DNA of 64,000 nucleotides, taken from contig OZ251997.1 in the NCBI GenBank assembly GCA_965247095.1, positions 3,200,001 through 3,264,000 on the forward strand, read 5' to 3'. Positions 38,518-47,937 of the stretch are shown here, piece after piece. Positions within the stretch are counted from its first letter, which is position 1. The number at the start of each line of letters is the position of its first letter. Made by a program: the position numbers and the translations under genes. Source of the stretch: Candidatus Multivorans sp. GTDB taxonomy: Bacteria > Acidobacteriota > Thermoanaerobaculia > Multivoradales > Multivoraceae. The notes beneath the pieces were generated by a model. The model did no database searches. It was not told the origin of the DNA and worked only from the letters and a program-made list of their open reading frames with translations.

Positions 38518-40203
38518 CTACGCGGTCTCGCCGCTCGCGGTTGCAGCGCCCCCCGGCGGAGTCCCGTCCATCGCCAGCGGCTGCAGCCGCCGCGGATCCC
38601 GGTCGATCGACGACAACCGGCGCACCAGTTCCCCGCCGTAGCTCGCCAGGCAATGGAGCGACGTGAACTCCCGCTCTTGCAGATGGCCGTTGGGCAGGCA
38701 GTGCTCGCGCAACCTCTCGATCCGGCCCTTGAGGACATCGTCGCGTTGCGCGGCCGCCGCCACGACCCTCCGTTCGAATTGGTCGAGCGTCCGCCTCAGG
38801 TTCGCCCCGGTCTTGCTCCAGGCACCGGCGAGCGACTGGTCGACCGAAACGTGGCCCGCCGCGAGATCGTCCACCGCCGCTTCGACCTTGGCCCGGGCGG
38901 AGGCGATGAACTCGAGCCCGCAACGCGCCGCGAGGCGCCGGTCGAGCTCGTCGGGCCGGGAAAGAACATTCGCTAGATCGATCCCCTCCGCCTCGAGCCC
39001 CTCAAGCCACCGGCGCTCGCGCGCCCCAAGCAGCAGAACCTGGGGCCGCAGGGTGATCGCCGGCGCCGCCACTTCCAGCTCCCTGTAGAGGGCGCGGGCC
39101 TGGGTCATGTAGGCCAGTTCACCGGGGCCGAGGATCATGAGCGCGGTGCCGAAGACCGCATCCTGCACCGCCGGCCGCGCCAGAACTCCAGGGCTCAGGG
39201 CCTCCGGGTCGCGGCTCAGGGTGTCGATCAGGTCGTCCAGGGTCCCCGAGCCGCCGCCGCGCAGCCGGTAACCGCCGGTCCCGTCCCAGACCACCCGCCG
39301 CCGCTCGCCTCCGGCGTCGATGAGAAACAGGGGCGCCTCGCCGCTCTTCGACCGCACCGGAACCCGGATGTTCCGGCGCTTGAGTTCCTCCGCCGCCGCC
39401 TCCAAGGCCCGGTCGACCGGACGCCGCCGCTCGATCAGCCGCCGGAGCACGGGTACTGCGGCCGACTTCAGCGCGGGAAGCTGCGAATCGACCAGAAGCG
39501 GGCACCGGTCGCCGAGGAACCGGACCATGAGCCGCGAGAAGGACTCGGCAAAGCAGCGATCGGGCCGGAGGTGCTGCCGGCAGTCCTCGATCCGCCGCCG
39601 GTAGTCGTCGCTCGGCGCCGCCTCCAGAACCCTCGCCAGCAGCGCTTCTACAGCCGACCCCAACGGCCGGTCGCCGACAGGTCGAAGCGGCGCCGGATCC
39701 TCGCCCAGGGTCAGGGCCTCGGGCCCGGCGGGCGGAAAGTAGGCGCGCGCCACCTCGGCGAAATCGTGGTCTTCCGACGCCATCCAGAACAGAGGCGCCG
39801 CGCGCCGCCCCCGGCGGGTGAGTTCCTCGGCCCAGAGCGTGCAAGCCGCCGCCTTGGTCAGCGTGAACAGGGGTCCGCCCCCTACGCCGCACTGCTGGCC
39901 CGCGATCACGACCAGCGTTTCCGGATCGGCCAGGGCGTCGGCGAGCCGGGCGGCGCCGGCGTGGCCGTAGCGTTCGTTCCGCTCGCCGAGTGCGGCCGCA
40001 ATGGACCCGCGGTCGAGCGCCGAGCCGGCCGGCGCCGTCAGGGAATCCTCGTCGCCCGGCAGCGCGAATCGCAGCGGTTCGAGCAGGTCGAGATCACGCC
40101 CGTCGAGGAACCGCCGCGGCAACTCGCCCAAGAGGCCGCACGCGCACAGATCGGGGCCCACCGGAGCGGGCCTTGCACTCGCAGGGTGAGGGTGGTTCGG
40201 CAC
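38518..40203 (-). CDS. bshC: Bacillithiol biosynthesis cysteine-adding enzyme
   Basis: AGQQ...GGPLFTLTK, FWMASEDHDFAE, SPGVLARP, GPGELAY, LQERE. Confidence 0.88.
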   Translation of the reverse strand: MPNHPHPASARPAPVGPDLCACGLLGELPRRFLDGRDLDLLEPLRFALPGDEDSLTAPAGSALDRGSIAAALGERNERYGHAGAARLADALADPETLVVIAGQQCGVGGGPLFTLTKAAACTLWAEELTRRGRRAAPLFWMASEDHDFAEVARAYFPPAGPEALTLGEDPAPLRPVGDRPLGSAVEALLARVLEAAPSDDYRRRIEDCRQHLRPDRCFAESFSRLMVRFLGDRCPLLVDSQLPALKSAAVPVLRRLIERRRPVDRALEAAAEELKRRNIRVPVRSKSGEAPLFLIDAGGERRRVVWDGTGGYRLRGGGSGTLDDLIDTLSRDPEALSPGVLARPAVQDAVFGTALMILGPGELAYMTQARALYRELEVAAPAITLRPQVLLLGARERRWLEGLEAEGIDLANVLSRPDELDRRLAARCGLEFIASARAKVEAAVDDLAAGHVSVDQSLAGAWSKTGANLRRTLDQFERRVVAAAAQRDDVLKGRIERLREHCLPNGHLQEREFTSLHCLASYGGELVRRLSSIDRDPRRLQPLAMDGTPPGGAATASGETA

Positions 40204-40254
40204 GGCGGCTGATCCTAGCCCCGGAATGGCTGTAGGGGACGTAGAATCGGCGCC

Positions 40255-41286
40255 ATGACCGGGCCCTCGCCAGCGATGCCGCCGCTCGAGCCGATCGTGC
40301 TCGGTCAGGGCGAGCGGGCGGTAACGATCGATCCGCCCCTGTTCCTGGCGCCGATGGCCGGCGTCACGGACCGGGACTTCCGGTTGATCGTGCGCCGCAT
40401 CGGCGGCATCGGCCTGGTGTCGATGGAGTTCATCTCGTCGCGGGCCATTGTCGACGGCAACCGGCACACGCGGGACCTGATGTTCTTCTCGGAGGAAGAG
40501 CGTCCGCTGGCGATCCAGATCTACGGCGCCGACGCGGACACGATGGCGGAAGCCGCCGAGGTCGTCGAAGCGCTCGGCGCCGACATCTGCGACATCAACA
40601 TGGGCTGTCCGGCGAACAAGGTGCTCAAGGGCTGTGCGGGCGCCGCCCTGATGGGCGATCTCGACCTCGCCGGCCGCATCGTCGGCGAGGTGCGCCGACG
40701 CATCAGCATCCCGCTGACGGTCAAGTTCCGGCTCGGCCTGGACCACGGGCAGTCGAACTACCTCGACCTCGGCCGGCTCTGCGAAGACCTGGGCGCCGAC
40801 GCGGTGGCGATGCACGCCCGGACCGCCAAGCAGATGTTCCGCGGCGAAGCGGACTGGACCCACCTGGCCCGACTCAAGGAGACCCTCTCCATTCCGGTGA
40901 TCGGCAACGGCGACATCGTGGTTCCGGAGGACGCCGAACGTCTGCTCCGGCAGACCGGCTGCGACGGCGTAATGATCGGCCGCGGCGCGACGCGGAACCC
41001 GTGGATCTTCCACCAGATCGCCAGCCACCTGCTGGGTGAGAAGGCGCCGGCGCCGACCCTGATCGACCGGCGCGACCTGATCCTTGGCCATTTCCACATG
41101 GTGGCGGAACGCGAAGCAAACCGGTTCGCCCTGCACAAGCTGCGCAAGTTCACCGGCTGGTACACCCACGGGTTGCCGAACGGAAAGCACCTGCGCCAGC
41201 AGATCCAGCAGCTCGACACCGTGGAGAAGTTCCTGGTCGCGGTCGAGAACTTCTTCGACCGGCAACTCGACGAGCTGGCCGCCTAA
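40255..41286 (+). CDS. dusB: tRNA-dihydrouridine synthase
   Basis: LAPMAGVTD, DINMGCP, TVKFRLG, HART, GNGD, VMIGR. Confidence 0.92.
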   Translation: MTGPSPAMPPLEPIVLGQGERAVTIDPPLFLAPMAGVTDRDFRLIVRRIGGIGLVSMEFISSRAIVDGNRHTRDLMFFSEEERPLAIQIYGADADTMAEAAEVVEALGADICDINMGCPANKVLKGCAGAALMGDLDLAGRIVGEVRRRISIPLTVKFRLGLDHGQSNYLDLGRLCEDLGADAVAMHARTAKQMFRGEADWTHLARLKETLSIPVIGNGDIVVPEDAERLLRQTGCDGVMIGRGATRNPWIFHQIASHLLGEKAPAPTLIDRRDLILGHFHMVAEREANRFALHKLRKFTGWYTHGLPNGKHLRQQIQQLDTVEKFLVAVENFFDRQLDELAA

Positions 41287-41321
41287 GGGAAGCTCCCTAG
41301 CCGCGCCTGTCAGCACCCGAC

Positions 41322-41771
41322 GTGCTTCCACAGTATGAGATCGAACTGGAACTGACTCCCGAGGAAGCTCTGGAGGCGCTCTCGGACGGCGCCGAGGCCT
41401 GGAACGGAACCTGGCACCGCCAGGGTACCGGCGGCCAACTGACCCTGCCCGTCGCCGCCGGCGTCCGCTCCGGCGTCCTGCACGGCTCGGTTTCGGTGCG
41501 GTCGACCGGGGCCGGCGTCCACGTCCTCTTTCACGTCGAGCGGTCCGACTACTCGACCAATGCCGCCGCGGTGGGCATCCTGGCACTCGGCGCCCTGGGC
41601 GTTCTGGCGATGCTCGCCTGGCCGCTGCTGCCCGGGACCTCCCCGAACCTCGCCGGCAGCGGCTTCATCCTCATCCTGCTCGCCTGGCTCGTCGTCGGCT
41701 CGAGGCTCCGCCACCGAAGCGCGGCGGACTTCCTGGCCAGCCTGGGGCCGCGGCCGGGCGAGCATCCCTGA
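41322..41771 (+). CDS. Hypothetical membrane protein
   Basis: Open frame with two C-terminal TMs. Confidence 0.65.
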   Translation: MLPQYEIELELTPEEALEALSDGAEAWNGTWHRQGTGGQLTLPVAAGVRSGVLHGSVSVRSTGAGVHVLFHVERSDYSTNAAAVGILALGALGVLAMLAWPLLPGTSPNLAGSGFILILLAWLVVGSRLRHRSAADFLASLGPRPGEHP

Positions 41772-41824
41772 GACGCCGGCTCCGCCGGCTCCTGCATCGT
41801 CAGCCGATACACCAACGGGAGGTC

Positions 41825-41851
41825 GACGTGACCATGGACGTGACCATGGAC
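41825..41851. promoter_or_regulatory. 12-bp tandem repeat GACGTGACCATG upstream of the antitoxin; probable autoregulatory operator
   Basis: GACGTGACCATG-GACGTGACCATG-GAC about 27 bp before the Phd start. Confidence 0.5.
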
Positions 41852-41878
41852 CGGATCCGTGATACCGTCGGCGGCACC

Positions 41879-42196
41879 ATGGAACGGACGATCAAGGCCT
41901 CGGAATTCAAGGCCACCTGCCTCAAGCTGATGGACGAGGTCGCCGAGAGCGGCGCCGAGGTGGTCATCACCAAGAACGGCAAACCCGTGTCGCGGCTCGT
42001 GCCGTACCGGGAACGGCCGAAGAGCCTGTACGGCTGCCTTCGCGGTGTGATGGAGATCACCGGCGACATCATGTCTCCCGTGCTGGATGAATGGGACGAA
42101 GAGCGGACAGTTGCCCTCTGTCATCCGGGGCGAGGATCCCGATTGAGCGAGATGCGCCGTTGCTGCTCCTCGACACACACGTTCTGCTCTGGCTGA
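41879..42196 (+). CDS. Phd/YefM family antitoxin
   Basis: TIKASEFKATCLKLMDEV...VVITKNGKPVSRLVP. Confidence 0.88.
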   Translation: MERTIKASEFKATCLKLMDEVAESGAEVVITKNGKPVSRLVPYRERPKSLYGCLRGVMEITGDIMSPVLDEWDEERTVALCHPGRGSRLSEMRRCCSSTHTFCSG

Positions 42197-42558
42197 CCCT
42201 CGGCGACCGGCGCCTCGGAGCGGGCGCTCACCGCGCGGTCGACGAGGCCTTCCTCTCCGGCAACGCCGCGGTGTCCGCGGTGTCCTTCCTGGAGATCGCG
42301 ACCCTGCTGAGGAAAGGTCGCGTCCAGATCGATTGGGCCGTGGAGGCGCTGCGGCGATATCTCCTGGATCACAGCCTGAACGAGATCCCGGTGGACGGAG
42401 ACATTGCGTTGCGGGCGGGCCTCCTCACCGAGCTGCACGGCGACCCGGCCGACCGGATCATCGTCGCCACCGCACTGGCCGGCCACCGCCTCGCCACCGC
42501 CGATCGGCGGCTGCTCGACTGGCCCGGCGAAGTGGCTCGGCTTCGCGCGACCGACTGA
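42160..42558 (+). CDS. vapC: VapC PIN-domain toxin
   Basis: LLLDTHVLLW, SAVS..EI, HGDPADRIIVATA, TAD. Confidence 0.88.
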   Translation: MLLLDTHVLLWLTLGDRRLGAGAHRAVDEAFLSGNAAVSAVSFLEIATLLRKGRVQIDWAVEALRRYLLDHSLNEIPVDGDIALRAGLLTELHGDPADRIIVATALAGHRLATADRRLLDWPGEVARLRATD

Positions 42559-42704
42559 CTGCCATCGGGACGCCCAGCCGGGCGACGCGGGTTGCGGCAT
42601 GCGATTGCATATAGTACGTCGCCCAACGAGCAGGAGAAGGAACCTCGTCTATGCCCAGATCAAAGCCCCAAGTTCACGCCGTTGACTTGTCGTACCCGCC
42701 TCGC

Positions 42705-45700
42705 ATGAGCCAGTCGACCGGACCTGGGCCGGATGCCAATCCACCGGCGGGGCTTCTTCCCGACGATCGCCCCACGCGCAGCCGTCGCGACCAGTGGGGC
42801 GCACGCGTGTTGGCCGTCGTCGCGTGTTTGGCCTGGCTGGCCTGGCCGACCGGGGCTTTCGCGCAGCCGACGCTGGTTGTGGACGACGTTGCGGGCGACA
42901 ACACGATCAACCGGTCGGAGCACGTGAACAACTTCGCCATCAGCGGCAACACAGGTACGGAAGAAGGCGTGACGGTCGACGTGACCATCGGCGGCCAAAC
43001 GTTGCCGAGCGTGACCTCCGCGATCCAGCCCCTGCAGACGGACGCGACCTGGTCGGTGACCGTGCCGTCCCGGGCGAATTACATCACCGAACCGAGCGTG
43101 GCGCTTTCCGTGACGGCCACCAGCGGTTCTGACAGCGCGACGGTTACGCGGACGCTGACCGTGGATTTGACGGCGCCGACTGTGAGTTACGCGGCGCCGA
43201 TGAGTCTCACGGTGGGCGCGCCGATCACGATAGATCCGACCACGAACGATACGGACATCGTCTCCTACGTGATTGACACCGGTCCCCTGCCGCAGGGATT
43301 GTCGTTGAATGGCACGACAGGTGTGATCAGCGGCACGCCGACCACGGGCAGCCCCGACGCGCAGACGGTGGTGGTGCTGGCCGAAGACGGCGCCGGCAAC
43401 CCGGTTCGGCCGCAGATTGCCTTCCCGGCCGTGGACGGGCCCCGACCCGGTGTGAAGACCTCGACGTCGAGCCTGTCAGTGCCGGAGGGCGGCTCGGCAA
43501 GCTACACGGTGGTGCTCGAAACCCGGCCGACGCACGATGTCACGATCACCGTCAGCTGGGTCGCTGGCGACGCGGATCTGACGCCGAGCACGACCACATT
43601 GACCTTCGAACCCGCAGACTGGAATAAGGCGCTGACGGTGACCGTCTCGGCGGCCGAGGACGACGACGGTACGGCTAGCGTTCGTGTCTTTCAACACGCC
43701 GCGAACAGCAGCGACCCCAACTATGAAGGCGTTCGGACCGCCAGCGTCACGGCAAGGGAGGCCGACAATGACCCGATCGGGGCGACGGCCTCGCGGCGGA
43801 TACTGGAGGTGCCGGAGGGCGGCTCGGCGGAATACACGCTGGTGCTCGGCAGCAAGCCGGACGGTGACGTCGTTGTCGAAGTGGAGCGGATGTCCGGGAG
43901 CGACGAAAGCCTGACGGCGAGCCCGGACGAGTTCACCTTCACGCAAGCAAACTGGCATGAAGAGCAGACGGTGACGGTCTCGGCGGCCGAAGACGACGAC
44001 TGGTTGCACGGTATCGCGACGTTCGAACACGGCGTGTCGAGCGACGACGACGAGAACTACGACGACGACGACATAGTCGGAGTCTTTCTGGTAACGGCGA
44101 TTGAGGCCGACGACGAGGACGAGATCAATCCGAGCGTAGAGATTCGGACGGAGGCGTCGGCCCAGGTCGCGGGACCATTCGAGGTGACGATCCGCTTCTC
44201 CGAGTGGGTGAAGGGCTTTCAACTGGAAGACATCGAGGTGAGCAACGGGACGGCGTCGAACTTCAACAAGCTGTCCCCACGGACTTATGCGGTGACGATC
44301 ACGCCGGAAGAAACCGGCGAGGTCAGGGTGGAGGTGGGCTCGAACGTGGCCCGGGACCGGGTCGGCAACGGCAACGACGCGGCGGAGCCGTTCATCATCG
44401 AGGCGGATCTGACGGGACCCGAAGTGGAGATCACCAGCGAGGCCACGGGACCGGTGAGCGGCGCGTTCGAGGTGACGATCCGCTTCTCCGAGTCGGTGGA
44501 AGGCTTTGAACTGGAAGATATCGAGGTGAGCAACGGGACGGCGTCCAACTTCAACAAGCTGTCCCCACGGACTTATGCGGTGACGATCACGCCGGAAGAA
44601 ACCGGCGAGGTCAGGGTGGAGGTGGGCTCGAACGTGGCCCTGGACGCGGGCGGCTACGGCAACGAGGCGGCGGAGCCGTTCGTCATCGAGGCGGATCTGA
44701 CGGGACCCGAAGTGGAGATCACCAGCGAGGCCACGGGACCGGTGAGCGGCGCGTTCGAGGTGACGATCCGCTTCTCCGAGTCGGTGGAAGGCTTTGAACT
44801 GGAAGATATCCAGGTGAGCAACGGGACGGCGTCGAACTTCAACAAGCTGTCCCCACGGACTTATGCGGTGACGATCACGCCGGAAGAAACCGGCGGGGTC
44901 AGGGTGGAGGTGGGCTCGAACGTGGCCCTGGACGCGGGCGGCAACGGCAACCAGGCGGCGGAGCCACTCGTCATCGAGGCGGATCTGACGGGACCCGAAG
45001 TGGAGATCACCAGCGAGGCCAAGGGGCCGGTGAGCGGCGCGTTCGAGGTGACGATCCGCTTCTCCGAGTCGGTGGAAGGCTTTGAACTGGAAGATATCGA
45101 GGTGAGCAACGGGACGGCGTCCAACTTCAACAAGCTGTCCCCACGGACTTATGCGGTGACGATCACGCCGGAAGAAACCGGCGAGGTCAGGGTGGAGGTG
45201 GGCTCGAACGTGGCCCTGGACGCGGGCGGCTACGGCAACCAGGCGGCGGAGCCACTCGTCATCGAGGCGGACCTGGAGCGGCCGGAGGTGACGATCGCAG
45301 GTCCGACGGAGCCGGTCCCCGTAGGAATGGCGGGGTTCGAAGTGACGATCACCTTCTCGGAGCCGGTGGAGGGTTTTGAGCGGGAAGATATCCAGATCAG
45401 CAACGCGACGGTGACGGACTTCACCGAAGTGTCATCGATTGAGTATCGAGCCACGATCAAGCCTGAAGAGGCGGGGCAGCCCGTCATGGTGGAGGTCCCC
45501 GGGGACATCGCCGAGGACAGTGCCGGTAACGGCAACCAGGCGGCGGAGCCCTTCGAAGTGGAAGCGAAGCTGGTGGTGAGCTACGGGGCGGAGAGCTACA
45601 CGGCGACCGAAGGGGGCGAGACGGCGACCGTGACGGTGAAGCTGAGCCAGGCCGGAAACCAAGCGTTGACGATCGAGATCCGGGTGACGCGGCCAGAGAC

Positions 45701-47906
45701 GACGGAAGTCGGGGACTACACGGTTGAGGGATTGGAAGATTGGGATGCCCAGGAGGGCACTGGAACACTTACGTTCCGAGCCGACGAAGGGGAACGGACA
45801 TGGAGGATTGCAGCCAACCACGATGGTGACGGGGACGACGAGACGGTGGAGTTGGGATTTGGGGAGCTGCCGGAGACAGTGATGACCGGGAAACCGGCCG
45901 CGGCGACGGTGACACTCGAGGACAAAGGGCTGGTGGAGCTGCAGGTGAGCTTTGGGCAGGCCGCGTACGAGGTGAAGGAAGGCCGGCAGGCCGACATCGA
46001 GGTGACCCTCTCCCCGGCCGCGGACCGGCGGGTGGACGTGCCGCTGGTGGTGGCGCTCCAAGCCGGAACGACTCTCGAGGACTACAGCGGGGTTCCGGCG
46101 TCGGTGGTGTTCGAGGAAGGCGAGAGTGAAAGGACGATTTCCCTGGAGGTCCTGGCCGATGAAGTGAACGACCCTGGGGAGGGGATTGTGCTGATCCTGG
46201 GCGGGTTGCCGGAGGGAGTCAGTGAAGGCGAGATCCCGCAGACAACAGTGAACTTCACCCACCGGCGCACGGCGGAGCAGTTCTCGCGCTCCCTGGAGGG
46301 GATGTTGGCGGTGATCGCGCGCTCGACGGCCGCGAGCGCGCAGACAACCATTGAGGGTCGATTTGAGCGGCATCGGCAGCGGAGTCGATCGGGGACTTCG
46401 GTTGGCGAGATGCCGCCACCGCAGTCGGCGAGCGCCAACGGCGCCACGGCTCTGCGCCCGCGAGAATCGGAGCGGACGGGCCGCGAGGGCGCCGGTGGAG
46501 GATCGCGGCTGCGGAGTTTCTCGCTTGGATCATTGGGGAACCTGGCACGCTCCGACCGAACCCAACAGGGCGCCTCTCCCGGCTCCGGCTGGGCGCCTGG
46601 TGGGACGGTCGACGGGCAGGATCGACTCCCGGGTTCGGGGGTTCAGGAGGCGCCGCCTGGATCGGGGAACTTCTCGGGCGTGAGGGATCGAGAACTCACC
46701 CTTTCGGAGCTGTCCTTCGAGACGTCCCTGGGAGAGACATGGAGGAACTGCGGAGCCGGTTCGGGTGAGCGCGAGACGTGCTGGGTTCCGGTGCTGTGGG
46801 GACAGGGGGACCTGCAGCAATTCAACGGGGATCTGACAAGGATCGGGATGGACTATCGAGGAGGTCTCGAGGCCGCTCACGTCGGGCTGGATCTGTATGC
46901 CGACGATCGGATGCTGGCCGGGCTGTCCTTCATGCGCAGTTGGGGAGACATGGACTACACCGCCGATGGGAGCGATGGGGTGCTGGAGAGTCGCATGAAC
47001 ACGGTTCACCCCTATCTCTACTGGCAGCCGAACGAACGCGTGAGCGTGTGGGGCATTGGCGGCTTCGGAGAAGGTCAAGTGGATGTCGAAGAGCCGGGCC
47101 GGGCGCACGCCTTCGATGCCGGCTTCACGATGTTCGCCGGGGGCGTGAGGGCGGTGCTGAGCAGACGGAGCAACCGTGAATGGGGTTTGCGCGCGGATGC
47201 CTTCACGACGCAACTCGAAACCGACGCCTCGAACGACGTCGCCAGGGTGACCGGTGAGGCCCACCGGGGCCGGTTGATGTTGGAATGGGTGCGCGACAGG
47301 GAGCTGTCAGAGGGGCGGTCACTGAGCGTGCAGGCGGAGGCCGGCGGGCGCTTCGACGACGGCGATGCGGATCGGGGCGCTGGGGCGGAAACCGGTTTCC
47401 GTCTGGGGTACCTGGATGCCAACCGCGGACTTGACGTGGCGCTGAACGGCCGGGTGCTGATTGTGCATGAAAGCGACTACCGGGACTGGGGAGTGGGCTT
47501 ACAGGCGAGCTGGGACCCGGGGGAGAAACAGCGCGGGTTCAGGGCGTCGGTGAACTCCTCGTGGGGGCCGCACGGAGGCGGCCGGACGACGCTGTGGAAC
47601 AACGCGGACGCCGTGACGCGCCCACTGGGCATGGGAACCATGGGGATAGGTTCCCGGTACCGGATGGAAGGTGAGGTGGCCTACGCCGGCATGAAGGCGT
47701 CGGGCTTACCGGGTCTGCTGACGCCGTATAGCCGGCTGCGATGGGCCGGACAGGGCAGGGAGCTGGCCGTGGGGACCGCTTGGAGCCTCCCGATTGGCTT
47801 GCACCAGGCAATGCCATTGAAGTTGGAAGTGGAAACCATAAGGCGGGAGAACCGAGCGGGTCAGGCCGATCTGGCGGTGCTGGCGCAAATCTCGATTCCC
47901 TTCTGA
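42705..47906 (+). CDS. Large surface/adhesin protein: Ig-like, He_PIG-like and Calx-beta-like domains with C-terminal autotransporter-like beta-barrel
   Basis: Signal ending AFA-Q; LP.GLSLN.TTGVISGTPT; five ~96-aa VTI.FSE.V.GF...AGNGN repeats; amphipathic strands ending in terminal Phe. Confidence 0.85.
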   Translation: MSQSTGPGPDANPPAGLLPDDRPTRSRRDQWGARVLAVVACLAWLAWPTGAFAQPTLVVDDVAGDNTINRSEHVNNFAISGNTGTEEGVTVDVTIGGQTLPSVTSAIQPLQTDATWSVTVPSRANYITEPSVALSVTATSGSDSATVTRTLTVDLTAPTVSYAAPMSLTVGAPITIDPTTNDTDIVSYVIDTGPLPQGLSLNGTTGVISGTPTTGSPDAQTVVVLAEDGAGNPVRPQIAFPAVDGPRPGVKTSTSSLSVPEGGSASYTVVLETRPTHDVTITVSWVAGDADLTPSTTTLTFEPADWNKALTVTVSAAEDDDGTASVRVFQHAANSSDPNYEGVRTASVTAREADNDPIGATASRRILEVPEGGSAEYTLVLGSKPDGDVVVEVERMSGSDESLTASPDEFTFTQANWHEEQTVTVSAAEDDDWLHGIATFEHGVSSDDDENYDDDDIVGVFLVTAIEADDEDEINPSVEIRTEASAQVAGPFEVTIRFSEWVKGFQLEDIEVSNGTASNFNKLSPRTYAVTITPEETGEVRVEVGSNVARDRVGNGNDAAEPFIIEADLTGPEVEITSEATGPVSGAFEVTIRFSESVEGFELEDIEVSNGTASNFNKLSPRTYAVTITPEETGEVRVEVGSNVALDAGGYGNEAAEPFVIEADLTGPEVEITSEATGPVSGAFEVTIRFSESVEGFELEDIQVSNGTASNFNKLSPRTYAVTITPEETGGVRVEVGSNVALDAGGNGNQAAEPLVIEADLTGPEVEITSEAKGPVSGAFEVTIRFSESVEGFELEDIEVSNGTASNFNKLSPRTYAVTITPEETGEVRVEVGSNVALDAGGYGNQAAEPLVIEADLERPEVTIAGPTEPVPVGMAGFEVTITFSEPVEGFEREDIQISNATVTDFTEVSSIEYRATIKPEEAGQPVMVEVPGDIAEDSAGNGNQAAEPFEVEAKLVVSYGAESYTATEGGETATVTVKLSQAGNQALTIEIRVTRPETTEVGDYTVEGLEDWDAQEGTGTLTFRADEGERTWRIAANHDGDGDDETVELGFGELPETVMTGKPAAATVTLEDKGLVELQVSFGQAAYEVKEGRQADIEVTLSPAADRRVDVPLVVALQAGTTLEDYSGVPASVVFEEGESERTISLEVLADEVNDPGEGIVLILGGLPEGVSEGEIPQTTVNFTHRRTAEQFSRSLEGMLAVIARSTAASAQTTIEGRFERHRQRSRSGTSVGEMPPPQSASANGATALRPRESERTGREGAGGGSRLRSFSLGSLGNLARSDRTQQGASPGSGWAPGGTVDGQDRLPGSGVQEAPPGSGNFSGVRDRELTLSELSFETSLGETWRNCGAGSGERETCWVPVLWGQGDLQQFNGDLTRIGMDYRGGLEAAHVGLDLYADDRMLAGLSFMRSWGDMDYTADGSDGVLESRMNTVHPYLYWQPNERVSVWGIGGFGEGQVDVEEPGRAHAFDAGFTMFAGGVRAVLSRRSNREWGLRADAFTTQLETDASNDVARVTGEAHRGRLMLEWVRDRELSEGRSLSVQAEAGGRFDDGDADRGAGAETGFRLGYLDANRGLDVALNGRVLIVHESDYRDWGVGLQASWDPGEKQRGFRASVNSSWGPHGGGRTTLWNNADAVTRPLGMGTMGIGSRYRMEGEVAYAGMKASGLPGLLTPYSRLRWAGQGRELAVGTAWSLPIGLHQAMPLKLEVETIRRENRAGQADLAVLAQISIPF
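44136..45570 (+). repeat. Intragenic 288-bp tandem repeats (four near-identical, one diverged)
   Basis: GAGGTGACGATCCGCTTCTC at 44181, 44469, 44757, 45045; variant at 45339. Confidence 0.92.
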
Positions 47907-47937
47907 GGAGCGCGGCCGTGCGATACTCATCGACCCC

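Noticed and set aside
42560-42600. Degenerate copy of the 69-bp module (TGCCATC...CGCCC..CGGGCG)
   Set aside because: Too short and divergent to distinguish from chance in GC-rich DNA.
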